From an uncultured Planctomycetia bacterium (lineage in GTDB: Bacteria; Omnitrophota; Gorgyraeia; VGKH01; JBHPFN01), in the NCBI GenBank assembly GCA_964406665.1, contig CAYOSQ010000010.1, positions 2,870-66,869 on the forward strand: 64,000 bases of DNA. The letters are read 5' to 3'. Positions within the stretch are counted from its first letter, which is position 1. Each line of letters starts with the position of its first letter. Both the position numbers and the translations under genes were made by a program. Below, one piece after another: positions 10,175-20,185 of the stretch. The notes beneath the pieces are model-generated. The model was not told where the DNA came from. It did no database searches and saw only the letters and a program-made list of their open reading frames with translations.

Positions 10175-10965
10175 TCAGTAACAATGAATTTACCTTTATT
10201 TTTTGTAAACAAATAACTTAATGCTGTATCAGAGCTACTTAAAATTTGGATAAGTTGATTTTCCGTAACTTCTCGTTTGCTTTTACTAACAAGATAGAAC
10301 TTAAGACGCTTTTGATTCTGAGCTCTATAATTGAAATAAAAAACTGATATTGCGTACTCTCCTTTTCTTCTAAATTCAAATTCGCCTAATTTCTTATAAT
10401 TTATACTGCCATCCGTCAAAAGGCTTAATCTAGAAATAAACTCACCATTTACTTTTACAGCAAACTTGACTGATTCTTCCTCTTTTTCTGAAACATCATA
10501 AAAAAATTCATATACTCCAGAATCGTTAATATTTACCTTGGTCTCCTTACTTATAAATTCATCCCTACCTGGAAAAATGTCCACAGAATAACCTATATTC
10601 TCTATTAAAAAATCTTCGTAATTCGAATCAACAAAAATAAAATTGACAGCGCTTACTAAATATTTGGGAATATCTTCGACAATGCGTCTTTGAGCTTGTT
10701 TTTTTAATGCTATAATTGGCGATTCTCTATTTTCTCTTATTGTCATAATCAATTCACAAGAATTAATATCGCCATTATTAATAACTGTTGGCTTATTGGC
10801 ACTAAAAAAATAGCTGCTTTCACCTCCCAGCCATGATTTATTATCCACTCCCCTCTCATCCGCAAAACAAATGACAGATACTAATACAGTCGCTGTAACA
10901 ACTAAAAAGATTAATGATTTTAAGTTAAGTGATTTCATTTTAGTATAAGATTCAATATTACTCAC
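10171..10965 (-). CDS. Hypothetical exported protein (real start probably the internal MKSLNLK)
   Basis: Signal-peptide-like MKSLNLKSLIFLVVTATVLVSVICFA; beta-rich body; ATGA-type overlap with the next gene. Confidence 0.6.
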   Translation of the reverse strand: MSNIESYTKMKSLNLKSLIFLVVTATVLVSVICFADERGVDNKSWLGGESSYFFSANKPTVINNGDINSCELIMTIRENRESPIIALKKQAQRRIVEDIPKYLVSAVNFIFVDSNYEDFLIENIGYSVDIFPGRDEFISKETKVNINDSGVYEFFYDVSEKEEESVKFAVKVNGEFISRLSLLTDGSINYKKLGEFEFRRKGEYAISVFYFNYRAQNQKRLKFYLVSKSKREVTENQLIQILSSSDTALSYLFTKNKGKFIVTE

Positions 10966-12738
10966 CTACATATCCTTATATTCAAACATAACAAAATACT
11001 CATTTTCCAAAACCAACCCCAACCATTTTTCCTTAAATGCTTCATCCATTAATTTCTTTATAAGTAAACCAGAATTCTTTCCATAAGCCATCGAACCTAT
11101 CGATTTTTCTTCTGAATAATCCCGATGAATAATTACATATCTTACGGAAGCTACCTTTAACTTATTTTTTAACCAAGAAAAATTTGAAATTAGATACGGC
11201 GAATCGTTGAATTTTATAATTTCTGGAAATAAAGACATGTTTCCGCCACTATCTCCTATCGTTGGCAAATACGTTAAGCGATTCACAATATCCGGCATAT
11301 GCAGATCTGGCCACCATTTATACACAACATAACTTTCTTTAACCCAGGGTAAAGTAAGTATCCTCTCTCCGATTTTTATATTATTTTTTAAATAATCCCG
11401 AAGGTCATAATATTCTTTCGGAATCTTAACATAGGGAATATGATTTTGTGTAAGAAGGGGAATTCTTTCGGGCAATATAAAAGACTTTCCGTGAACAAAG
11501 ATTATAAGAGTAAACAAAAATGCAAAACTAATACTTTTATAACGAGTAACGCGAAATTGCGATAATTTAAGGCCATCGAAATGCTTCCATAATATTTCAG
11601 TTGATACTCCCAAGAGGACTGCTAGAAAAATCGGAAAGAAAACTAAGCAGTAGTTCGGATCTACTAACGTTATAAAAAGACCGATTTTTCCAGAAAGAAA
11701 AGCGTATATTTTGGTGGTTAAACCAAAATAAGCAACAGTAGATAAAACCATCGCCGCAGCAGCCAATAATGAAATAATAATAGCTTTTTCCCTCTCTTTT
11801 TTATAGCTAACAAATAAAAAGGGTATAAAAGCATATATCGGGAAGAATAATGTCAATGCTTTAATAAGAGGATTGGAAAAATAAATCCCCATACCATTGC
11901 CTTTATGTCCTAATAGCCTAAATACAAATAACGGAGTTCCAACCCCCATTTCATGATATCCTTGAATATAGCTAGAGCGAGTTTGTAGCACCCCTTCAGA
12001 AGAAGCAAATTCGGATGAGTTGCTTTCAATGAAAGTTCCTACGGCAGGAACCAAAATATATGCGTTAATCAATAAAAACATTACAAATAAAATTACTAAT
12101 GTCTTTTTATGAATTACCAACTTTTTATAACCACGGATTATTAAAAGAAGTGCTATAAATAAAGCAATAAATAGCATGACTATAGCGGTGAATCTCACAA
12201 CTATTAATGTTAAAGAGATTCCTATAGCAGCGATTACAGAATATTTAAACCTTTCTTCAGAATTAAAATACACTAAGCGAAAGATTGCCCCAAGCGTCAT
12301 CATGTTTCCAATCATACCGATCTGCCATAAAGGAGGCAACTGAAAAGGTATTAACATAATATAACTCGCAGCAATAAGACATCCTAAATATGAATACCGC
12401 TCCCTAAATAAACTTCGGTATAAATAACACATTGATATGCCTGTCAAAAAAGAAGGAAGAAGTAACCATAATCTGTTCATAATCCACAAAGGTATCTTGA
12501 GGAAACTAAGGATATAAACCACTAATGCTACTGGAAAGGTATTTGAAATCAAATTAGGATAGCCGAATGGATCTTGGATATTCCAAGAATAAATACTGAC
12601 TTTAAAATAATCCTGGGGACTAAATGGAAAAACTGAATCTACTCCATTGTAAAATGTATCTTTCTCAAAAAAGTTAGGGCTAAACCAAATAGCAAAACTT
12701 ATTAAAAGAATTATGACAATAATCAGATATTTCATCAT
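10966..12738 (-). CDS. GT-C-fold glycosyltransferase, DUF3367/AftD (arabinofuranosyltransferase)-like N-terminal region
   Basis: GVDSVFPFSP..YSWN..G..N..FP..LSFLKIPLWIMNRLW; about 11 TM helices; IPKEYYDL..RILTLP..YKWW; VRYVIIHRD. Confidence 0.7.
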   Translation of the reverse strand: MMKYLIIVIILLISFAIWFSPNFFEKDTFYNGVDSVFPFSPQDYFKVSIYSWNIQDPFGYPNLISNTFPVALVVYILSFLKIPLWIMNRLWLLLPSFLTGISMCYLYRSLFRERYSYLGCLIAASYIMLIPFQLPPLWQIGMIGNMMTLGAIFRLVYFNSEERFKYSVIAAIGISLTLIVVRFTAIVMLFIALFIALLLIIRGYKKLVIHKKTLVILFVMFLLINAYILVPAVGTFIESNSSEFASSEGVLQTRSSYIQGYHEMGVGTPLFVFRLLGHKGNGMGIYFSNPLIKALTLFFPIYAFIPFLFVSYKKEREKAIIISLLAAAAMVLSTVAYFGLTTKIYAFLSGKIGLFITLVDPNYCLVFFPIFLAVLLGVSTEILWKHFDGLKLSQFRVTRYKSISFAFLFTLIIFVHGKSFILPERIPLLTQNHIPYVKIPKEYYDLRDYLKNNIKIGERILTLPWVKESYVVYKWWPDLHMPDIVNRLTYLPTIGDSGGNMSLFPEIIKFNDSPYLISNFSWLKNKLKVASVRYVIIHRDYSEEKSIGSMAYGKNSGLLIKKLMDEAFKEKWLGLVLENEYFVMFEYKDM

Positions 12739-12759
12739 TGGTCTCTTCCTAAAATCAAC

Positions 12760-14508
12760 TTATTGAACTTCATAAACTCTCCATAACACCGCTCCGGAAG
12801 GAGCATAAATAATAAACGGGGTTAGCTCTGGATGAATTTTCTCAAAAATAACACGATAATTATCGTCCGTTTTATATTGCCACCCCTCGGGTAACTGCGT
12901 GTAAGAAACAAAACAATAATAGATTCTATCACTTTCCTTTTTAAGATTAGATTCACGCTCGAGCCAATCTTCTTTTGTTACAGAAGGAGCATCTATAAAA
13001 TCGGGGAATGTAAAAAATTCATTCGTTAATGATATAACTTCAGGAACATTTCCAGTAAAAAGACGCATTAACATATTATGGAAATATGCATTATATGTAG
13101 TAAATACAATCTTCGTTGCCTTGGAATATCCCTTCTCAGCAATGTATTCGTAGGCTTTATAAGTACCTGCAGCAGAGATGCTATGATAATAATTCTTTTT
13201 AGGTAGAAATTGAAAAATCCAAAACACTCCAGAAAAAATAGATGACAAAATAATGAAAAGCGATATGAAACCTACCAATACATTTTTTGATAATTTCTTA
13301 AATTTACTATGTATATATTCTCCAATCGGATATACTGAGCGAGCCGCTAAAATAAACATTGGCGGAATTATCCAAACGCAAATATTCTTTAATTTCATTA
13401 CGATAATAAAAGAGTAAAAAACTAAAAAAGTGCTAAACCAAATCAGAGAAAAAATATCCTCTTTCTTTCTTTTTTTCGAAGAAACCCAATAACCAATTAA
13501 AAAGAAAAATGAAACTACATAATTATACATAAGAGGAACACCCGGAGGCTCAATTGAATAATGTCCTCCCAGGCTCTTTCCATTGATGAATACTCCTAAG
13601 AAAAACATTTTAAAATTCAACAACAAGCGCTTAATATCGAACAAAACCATCCCGTATATTGAATGAGATGCTGACTTATGACTAGCAAAATATGATTTAA
13701 AAAAACCAAGAGCTACACTCTCAGATAAGTTGAAGTATAAGTAACGCAAATAATCGAGAATAAAAGCAGAAAAAACAGCAACAATTAAAAACAAGGCAAA
13801 ATAAGATATATATGGACGTATCTTTTTTATAGTATATGCATTCCATGCACAATATATAAAAAGAGCCAAAGGTATCATGAAAGAACCGGTGAAAAAAGAA
13901 AATGATAAACTCATGCCAGAGAATATACCCGCAAGAATAATAAAATGTTTATTTTTAAATCTTTCTGCAAGCAAGAATAAATAAATAATCAATAAACTAA
14001 AAACAATATTGTGCCCCCGCAAAAAAGGATCAATTACATTAAAGTGAAGAAATACATGGGGAGAAAAAACAATTAAGACGCCAGCTATAAGTCCAACGAT
14101 TGGACCATATAATAAATTCCCGATAAGAAAAGTAAGCATAACAACGCTTATTCCTAAACAAGAGATATACACCCTATAGGCAAGCCATAGCTTAACATCC
14201 TTGAAACCAAAGATCTTATAAAAACAATGCGCAGGCAAGTTTCTATAGCTATTCCAAGACAGATTATCCATTACTTTCTTTTTATCGCCAAAAAACTCGA
14301 GGAGAAAAGGATCATCTTTAGCGGCAATAATCTGATTCCAATCTTCGTGTCTGGCTTGATCTTCATATTCAATAAGAAGCAGTTGGTAAGGATTAGAAAA
14401 AAATAAGTTTGTTTTTCCATAATCAAAAAAACTGAACGTTACAGAAATAAGCAACAAAACAAAAAAGCAAAGCCATGCTTTTCTATTAAAAATATTTCCT
14501 TCAGACAT
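12760..14508 (-). CDS. GT-C-fold glycosyltransferase (PMT_2/ArnT/GT39-like)
   Basis: VVMLTFLIGNLLYGPIVGLIAGVLIVFSPH and LAGIFSGMS TM patterns; C-terminal soluble domain. Confidence 0.7.
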   Translation of the reverse strand: MSEGNIFNRKAWLCFFVLLLISVTFSFFDYGKTNLFFSNPYQLLLIEYEDQARHEDWNQIIAAKDDPFLLEFFGDKKKVMDNLSWNSYRNLPAHCFYKIFGFKDVKLWLAYRVYISCLGISVVMLTFLIGNLLYGPIVGLIAGVLIVFSPHVFLHFNVIDPFLRGHNIVFSLLIIYLFLLAERFKNKHFIILAGIFSGMSLSFSFFTGSFMIPLALFIYCAWNAYTIKKIRPYISYFALFLIVAVFSAFILDYLRYLYFNLSESVALGFFKSYFASHKSASHSIYGMVLFDIKRLLLNFKMFFLGVFINGKSLGGHYSIEPPGVPLMYNYVVSFFFLIGYWVSSKKRKKEDIFSLIWFSTFLVFYSFIIVMKLKNICVWIIPPMFILAARSVYPIGEYIHSKFKKLSKNVLVGFISLFIILSSIFSGVFWIFQFLPKKNYYHSISAAGTYKAYEYIAEKGYSKATKIVFTTYNAYFHNMLMRLFTGNVPEVISLTNEFFTFPDFIDAPSVTKEDWLERESNLKKESDRIYYCFVSYTQLPEGWQYKTDDNYRVIFEKIHPELTPFIIYAPSGAVLWRVYEVQ

Positions 14509-14516
14509 ACATTCTC

Positions 14517-15647
14517 CTATTTACCCAACGAAAGTCTCTTTATTATCTTTACTATTCTTTTTGATGCCTTGCCATCCCATAATGCTATAGGCTTATTTTT
14601 TCTACGTTTACAACCGATGTCTTCAAAATGTTTGAGGATATTTGATGATTTTATACCAACAACGGTATTAGTGCCTTTGCAAACGGTGATGGGTCTTTCT
14701 GTAGACTTTCTTAATGTGAGACATGGAATTCCCAGAAATGTAGTTTCTTCTTGTATCCCTCCAGAATCTGTTAAGGTACAATAACTATCCTTAATCAATT
14801 TCATAAAGTCAAAATATCGCATAGGTGACACAGCTATTAAATTATTGTTTGCTGCGGCTCCCCTCTTTGCAAAAAATGATTTGATATTTTTTGATGTCCT
14901 GGGATGAACAGGAAAAACAACTTTAAAATTCTGCGCAATGTTATTAATGGCAACTAGAATAGAATTTAATGTATCAATATTATCAACGTTAGATGGTCGA
15001 TGTAATGTTAGAACCACATAATCTTCTTTCTGCAAATTCTTAGTTCTTAAAATATTGGAGCTTTCGATTCGCTTAATGTTTTTTGAAAGAGAATCAATCA
15101 TGGTATTGCCAACAAAATGTATTCTATGCTTATCAATTCCCTCTTTTAACAAATTCTCATTCGCATCTTCTGATGGAGTAAAAAGAATATCAGAAATTGC
15201 ATCAGTAGCAACTCTGTTTATTTCCTCTGGCATATCTCTGTCATAGCTCCTTAGTCCCGCCTCTACATGAGCAACCATAATTCCCATCTTTTTTGCAGCC
15301 AATGCACACGCAATAGTTGAAGTAACATCTCCGTAAACAATGACTAATTTAACATTGAGGTTTTTGATTGATTCCTCAAATCTCAACATAATACGTGCCA
15401 TCTGAGTAGTTTGAGAAAATGAACCAATATTTAATGAAATATCTGCTCTAGGTAACTCTAAATCCTCAAAAAATACTTTAGACATATTCCTATCATAGTG
15501 CTGTCCTGTGTGGACTAAAAATGAGCGCAGCTTGTGAATCTTTCGCATCTCATCAAATACAGGAGCAGCCTTCATGAAATTTGGTCTTGCACCAACAACA
15601 TGAACAACGTTTATTAAAGATTTATAGCGTGACATTCCTCTTACCAT
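14517..15647 (-). CDS. wecB: UDP-N-acetylglucosamine 2-epimerase (non-hydrolysing, WecB/WbpI family)
   Basis: VGARPNFMK, HTGQHYD, HVEAGLRS, MPEEINR, TLHRPSNVD, TDSGGIQEE. Confidence 0.92.
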   Translation of the reverse strand: MVRGMSRYKSLINVVHVVGARPNFMKAAPVFDEMRKIHKLRSFLVHTGQHYDRNMSKVFFEDLELPRADISLNIGSFSQTTQMARIMLRFEESIKNLNVKLVIVYGDVTSTIACALAAKKMGIMVAHVEAGLRSYDRDMPEEINRVATDAISDILFTPSEDANENLLKEGIDKHRIHFVGNTMIDSLSKNIKRIESSNILRTKNLQKEDYVVLTLHRPSNVDNIDTLNSILVAINNIAQNFKVVFPVHPRTSKNIKSFFAKRGAAANNNLIAVSPMRYFDFMKLIKDSYCTLTDSGGIQEETTFLGIPCLTLRKSTERPITVCKGTNTVVGIKSSNILKHFEDIGCKRRKNKPIALWDGKASKRIVKIIKRLSLGK

Positions 15648-15660
15648 GAATGATATACAT

Positions 15661-17301
15661 TTAAACTTGAGCCTTATTTCTCAATATTAATGCATCTTTT
15701 CCATCTAAATCATTCAAAATATTCTGCTTACCAGAACCATCTGCTAAAAACTCATTTTTTTGAAAGTATTTTGACGATCCCATATGCAAACCAGTAAATT
15801 GATTGTCTTTTTTAAGAAATACCAATTTTGTTTTTTTAATATTAGCTATCTTGTCGACTATTTCTACCGTTTTATCATAAAACGTTATTTCTCTTGAAAG
15901 TGAACAAGCTGTTTTTTCTCTTTTATAAATTAGAGATTTCACAAGTGAAAATTTCAAAAAATTGCTAAAAAACATACATCTTCCCAAGCTTAGTGAAACA
16001 ATACGGAATAAAATAAACAAAAGCGGACTAAAAACTTTTTGGGGTAATTTGAATAAATGAGAAAAAACAGTAACTTTATTTTCCGAAAAACTAATTTGAT
16101 TATCCCTAACTAATGATTGGCTTGTAAATACTTCACCTTTTTGAGTTCTACCCCAATAACCGCAATCACTATACTTCAATTTTGATTCTCTTTTACTAAA
16201 GATTTTAATTACTCCTCCCTTATTTACTCCTAAAATTGCATAGTAATAATCAGTGCTTTTAACTAACAAGCCAGCATCACTGAAATGCTTTGACATATTA
16301 TTTCTAAAGGGGAGTTCTTCAGAAAAAGAATAATTATCCATATTTAACCCAGCAAAAAGATAATTATTAAGTAAGGGGAAAAAATTGTACGAATCAACAG
16401 CTGAGAGACCCACGACAGTCTGCGACTTAACAGCATCCCTCATAAACTGTGCGATTGTTCCTGCAAGAGGAATCTTTTTTGCTAATATTTCAAAACCTGC
16501 AGGAAAATAAAATGTTGTGTTCCTGCTACCATATTCTCCACCTAGAGTAGAATCGGGATGTATAAAATAAGAAATAAACTCAATGGATTTCCTAAGACTC
16601 CTAAGAAGAGTTTCATCTTTTGTATGTTGCCAAATCTTTGATAGAAAAAATATACTGTGCGTCTGATATCCTATATCAGCACCCCCATATTCTTCATACC
16701 AGCCTTCTCGTGACTGATGTGAATATATCTTTTGAATATAATAGTCACATCTACTTTTAAATTTCTCTTCACCGGTAATCAAATAAATGTTGTACAGTGC
16801 GGCTGCGGCGGCGGATAAATGATTTGATAAAAATCCATGTTTTTCATCATGCCTACAAAGCCACTGCCCTGCCCAGGAAAATACTCCAATAAGCTCGCTG
16901 CGAAATTCATCTGTAATTTTATTTGAAAGCAAAAGAAATGCCTCTGAAACGTAAAACGAGGTAAATGCTGTTGCGGCTAAACTATGTTCATGGGGATAAG
17001 CTTCATCAAAAGAACCATCTCTGTGTTGAATCTTTGACCAAAATCTCATTGCTGAAAGAATGCATTCCAAAGTTTTTTCATGAGCAAATAAATAATTCCC
17101 TGGGAACTGATTAGAATACAAAAATGCCAAAGTGCAAACCCCTTCTTGAAATCTGGCACCTGGAAAATCACTAAATTTCCAACACCAATAATTCCTATCA
17201 AAACAACCATGAGTTCTAGTCAATTGCTCTCTATCAAGCATAGACATCACTAAAGGAACTTTACTCAATGCCAAAATATAGTATGGATTATTCTTTACCA
17301 T
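15661..17301 (-). CDS. Conserved hypothetical protein, probable (alpha/alpha)-toroid plus beta-sandwich fold (heparinase II/III-like)
   Basis: GCFDRNYW, QHRDGSFDEAYPHE, LSNH, QSREGWYEEYGGADIGYQT, HPDSTLGGEYGSRNT, FSDAGLLV; the repeated Q-x-x-[DE]-G-[SW] motifs are typical of alpha/alpha barrels. Confidence 0.55.
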   Translation of the reverse strand: MVKNNPYYILALSKVPLVMSMLDREQLTRTHGCFDRNYWCWKFSDFPGARFQEGVCTLAFLYSNQFPGNYLFAHEKTLECILSAMRFWSKIQHRDGSFDEAYPHEHSLAATAFTSFYVSEAFLLLSNKITDEFRSELIGVFSWAGQWLCRHDEKHGFLSNHLSAAAAALYNIYLITGEEKFKSRCDYYIQKIYSHQSREGWYEEYGGADIGYQTHSIFFLSKIWQHTKDETLLRSLRKSIEFISYFIHPDSTLGGEYGSRNTTFYFPAGFEILAKKIPLAGTIAQFMRDAVKSQTVVGLSAVDSYNFFPLLNNYLFAGLNMDNYSFSEELPFRNNMSKHFSDAGLLVKSTDYYYAILGVNKGGVIKIFSKRESKLKYSDCGYWGRTQKGEVFTSQSLVRDNQISFSENKVTVFSHLFKLPQKVFSPLLFILFRIVSLSLGRCMFFSNFLKFSLVKSLIYKREKTACSLSREITFYDKTVEIVDKIANIKKTKLVFLKKDNQFTGLHMGSSKYFQKNEFLADGSGKQNILNDLDGKDALILRNKAQV

Positions 17302-17306
17302 TTACC

Positions 17307-18725
17307 CTAGTTCTCTTTCTGAGCGGTTACCATATCATACGCCGCCAATGCCAATCTTTTAAAATCAGCAAAGTTAGAGATACCACGCAACTCACGAAAA
17401 ATCATTTTTGGATTTATATATGCATCGGAGAATGCTTTTCTATAAAAATAAATTAATTGCTGTTTAGTTAAATCCTTTGGCACAAATGTAGGATTATGAG
17501 ATAACGCCAAATCGCTAAATCTGCTGAAATCAAAGGTACCAAATTCTTGAACCCTATTCCAAAGTTCTGTTCCTGGAAAAGGCGTCATTAGAGAAAATGT
17601 AGGGTAATCAATTATTGAAGCTCTAGCAAACTTTATAGTCTTTCTAATTGTTTCTTCGTTATCCAAAGGATTGCCTAAAATAAAAGATGCCTGAATTCTA
17701 AGACCAACCTCTTTTGCCCAGTCACAGACTTTTTTGACATGTGTTATTGTTATCCCTTTTTTAAGAACATCTAAAATTCGCTGATCAACACTTTCTATTC
17801 CAATCCTAACTAACCAACAACCGCTCTCCTTCATTGTTTTCAAAACATCCTTATTTTTAATCGCATCAACCCGTAAATTGCACGACCACGAAATATCAAT
17901 TTTTTTTCTTTTTAAAATATTGCAAATCTCAAAAACTCTTTTTTCGTCTAAATTAAAAGTGTCATCATTTATTTTAATCTCTTTTATTCCAAAATCTTCT
18001 ACCAGTTGAGTTATCTCATTAATAACATATTGTGGACTGTGAAAACGAACCCGTTTACCAAAAGGAGTTTGGCAAAAAATACACGCAAATGGACAACCCC
18101 GAGAAGTAAATATATGAGCAACTGGTTCTCTACGAGAAAGCATAAACTTCGAACGATAATCCCGCATGTCTGGCAAAAGATGTCGTGAAGGAAATGGCAA
18201 ATCATCAAGATTCTCAACTAGATCCATCGGTTCGTTCTGATAAACTTCTCCATCTCTATGATATACGAGCCCTTTAAGATCTTCTATTTTTCCACTCTTC
18301 GTTTCTAAATATTTGACAAGATTTAAAAAGCTAACTTCTCCTTCACCAATTATGCCAAAATCAAAAGATTTACACTGCAAAGTATCCTTACCATAACCTG
18401 ATACATGAGGCCCTCCTAGTACAATCACTATGTGTGGAAAATATTCTTTTATACACTTTGCTAATTCTTCAACTCCCTCTATACCCAAACTTGTTGCATA
18501 TATCCCAACTATTTGTGGGTCTTGACCTTTAATCATTTCTATAATTTCGACGTTAGGCAACTGCAAAAGATTGGCATCAATAATTTCAACAGGATAGCGT
18601 TCTTTTTCTAATATACCTGCTAAATAACACAAGCCCAGAGGTGGTAAAACTGCCCCTAATCTCTTGAATCTTTTACCGTAGGCAATTTCTTGGCTGATAC
18701 ATGGATTAATAAGAGTTATCTTCAT
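17307..18725 (-). CDS. Cobalamin-binding-domain radical SAM protein
   Basis: PPLGLCYLA, GGPHVS, GEGE, TSRGCPFACIFC, IGIES, PFPGT. Confidence 0.92.
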   Translation of the reverse strand: MKITLINPCISQEIAYGKRFKRLGAVLPPLGLCYLAGILEKERYPVEIIDANLLQLPNVEIIEMIKGQDPQIVGIYATSLGIEGVEELAKCIKEYFPHIVIVLGGPHVSGYGKDTLQCKSFDFGIIGEGEVSFLNLVKYLETKSGKIEDLKGLVYHRDGEVYQNEPMDLVENLDDLPFPSRHLLPDMRDYRSKFMLSRREPVAHIFTSRGCPFACIFCQTPFGKRVRFHSPQYVINEITQLVEDFGIKEIKINDDTFNLDEKRVFEICNILKRKKIDISWSCNLRVDAIKNKDVLKTMKESGCWLVRIGIESVDQRILDVLKKGITITHVKKVCDWAKEVGLRIQASFILGNPLDNEETIRKTIKFARASIIDYPTFSLMTPFPGTELWNRVQEFGTFDFSRFSDLALSHNPTFVPKDLTKQQLIYFYRKAFSDAYINPKMIFRELRGISNFADFKRLALAAYDMVTAQKEN

Positions 18726-18742
18726 AATTAAATTTATTTAAT

Positions 18743-20164
18743 TCACCTTAAAATATCTTTAGCAACGCGAATCTTGTGTATTAAATCACTAAAAGACCTA
18801 ACCTTAAATATAGATTTCAAAATATAGGATGGCCGAAGATAAAATTTCTTGTAAGCCAATTTATGAAAATGTTTAAGCTCTGTTAAAGATAAACCTGTTG
18901 GAATATATAAAGGTTCAGAATATCTGGCATTCCTATAACGCTCCCAGCTAGAAAGAACTGTACCTTCCTTGCAAGCAGTCTCATAAAATTCCGTCCCCGG
19001 ATAAGGAGTTGCTAAAGAAAAAGTTGCATAGTCTGCGTCAAGCTCAACTGCAAAGTCTATGGTATTCTCAAGTGTATTTTTATTTTCACCAGGTAGCCCT
19101 AGTATAAATGACGTATTTACCGGAATACCTACCTTCTTCGCAATACTTACCGCTTCTCTACACTGATTAAGAGTAATTTTCTTATGAGCTCCATCAAGGA
19201 CATCTTGATTTCCAGATTCTATCCCGTAAAAAATAAAGATGCAACCAGCCAATTTCATTAACTGGAATAATTCTTCGCTTACAAGATCAACCCTACCCAT
19301 AGCTCCCCATTTTATCTTAATCCCACGCTTCTTTATCTCATTACACGTTTCCTTCACTAAATCTGGATTAGCAGTAAAAGTGCTATCTTCAAACAAAAAT
19401 ATGTTAACACCAAAGTCTTTTTGTATCTTCTCTAACTCATCAACGATTCTCTTATAATTTCTTTTTCTTACGCTGTGTTTAAATATTATATCCTGCCCAC
19501 AAAAACTACAGCTGAAAGGACAACCTCTTGTTGCCATAATATTAGCTAATTTGTCACCAAAAAATTCTAGGTAATCACTTGCTCTGTATTTATCCATAGA
19601 TAAAAGGTGTCGAGCTGGAAAAGGGAAAAAATCAATATCTTTAATTAATTCCCTTTCAGAATTATGAATAATCTTATTATCTTTCTTATAAGAAATACCC
19701 ATAACCTCACAAAAATCTTTTCTATCTCTAACACACTCCAAGATTTTTTCAGTCGTTAACTCGCCTTCTCCCCTAACAATGATATCAATTTTTGAACTCC
19801 TCAAAGTCTCCTCTGGTAAGGCAGTAACATGAGGACCGCCTGCGATAACAACTATTTCTTTGTCAAAAGCTTTAACCGTATTAACCATATTTATAATAGT
19901 TGCAATAAGTGGAGTTGTACAACTGAAACCAATTACTTTTGGCTTTAATGTTTCTAAAATTCCGCTGAAATTCTTGGATGTTATTGCTTCAGCATCACAA
20001 TCAATGATTTTGACTGAATATCCCCTATGTTCTACAAAAGCAGCAATATACCCTATGCCTAATGGCTGACGATACCCGCGTGCTTCTTCCAAAATACCAT
20101 AGATATCTTCTGCCGGCGCATTAACTAAAAGTAAGTCCATCTCCATATTCTTTTCAATTATCAT
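18743..20164 (-). CDS. Cobalamin-binding-domain radical SAM protein
   Basis: PLGIGYIAA, GGPHVT, GEGE, TRGCPFSCSFC, YGIESG, PYPGT. Confidence 0.92.
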   Translation of the reverse strand: MIIEKNMEMDLLLVNAPAEDIYGILEEARGYRQPLGIGYIAAFVEHRGYSVKIIDCDAEAITSKNFSGILETLKPKVIGFSCTTPLIATIINMVNTVKAFDKEIVVIAGGPHVTALPEETLRSSKIDIIVRGEGELTTEKILECVRDRKDFCEVMGISYKKDNKIIHNSERELIKDIDFFPFPARHLLSMDKYRASDYLEFFGDKLANIMATRGCPFSCSFCGQDIIFKHSVRKRNYKRIVDELEKIQKDFGVNIFLFEDSTFTANPDLVKETCNEIKKRGIKIKWGAMGRVDLVSEELFQLMKLAGCIFIFYGIESGNQDVLDGAHKKITLNQCREAVSIAKKVGIPVNTSFILGLPGENKNTLENTIDFAVELDADYATFSLATPYPGTEFYETACKEGTVLSSWERYRNARYSEPLYIPTGLSLTELKHFHKLAYKKFYLRPSYILKSIFKVRSFSDLIHKIRVAKDILR

Positions 20165-20185
20165 TCTCTCTCTGAAAGAAATAAG

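Noticed and set aside
10963-10968. In-frame TAG between two ORFs as evidence of amber recoding or pyrrolysine
   Set aside because: Many genes here end normally in TAG, no pyl genes are present, and the downstream ORF has its own signal-peptide start; kept only as a detail of the split-gene finding.
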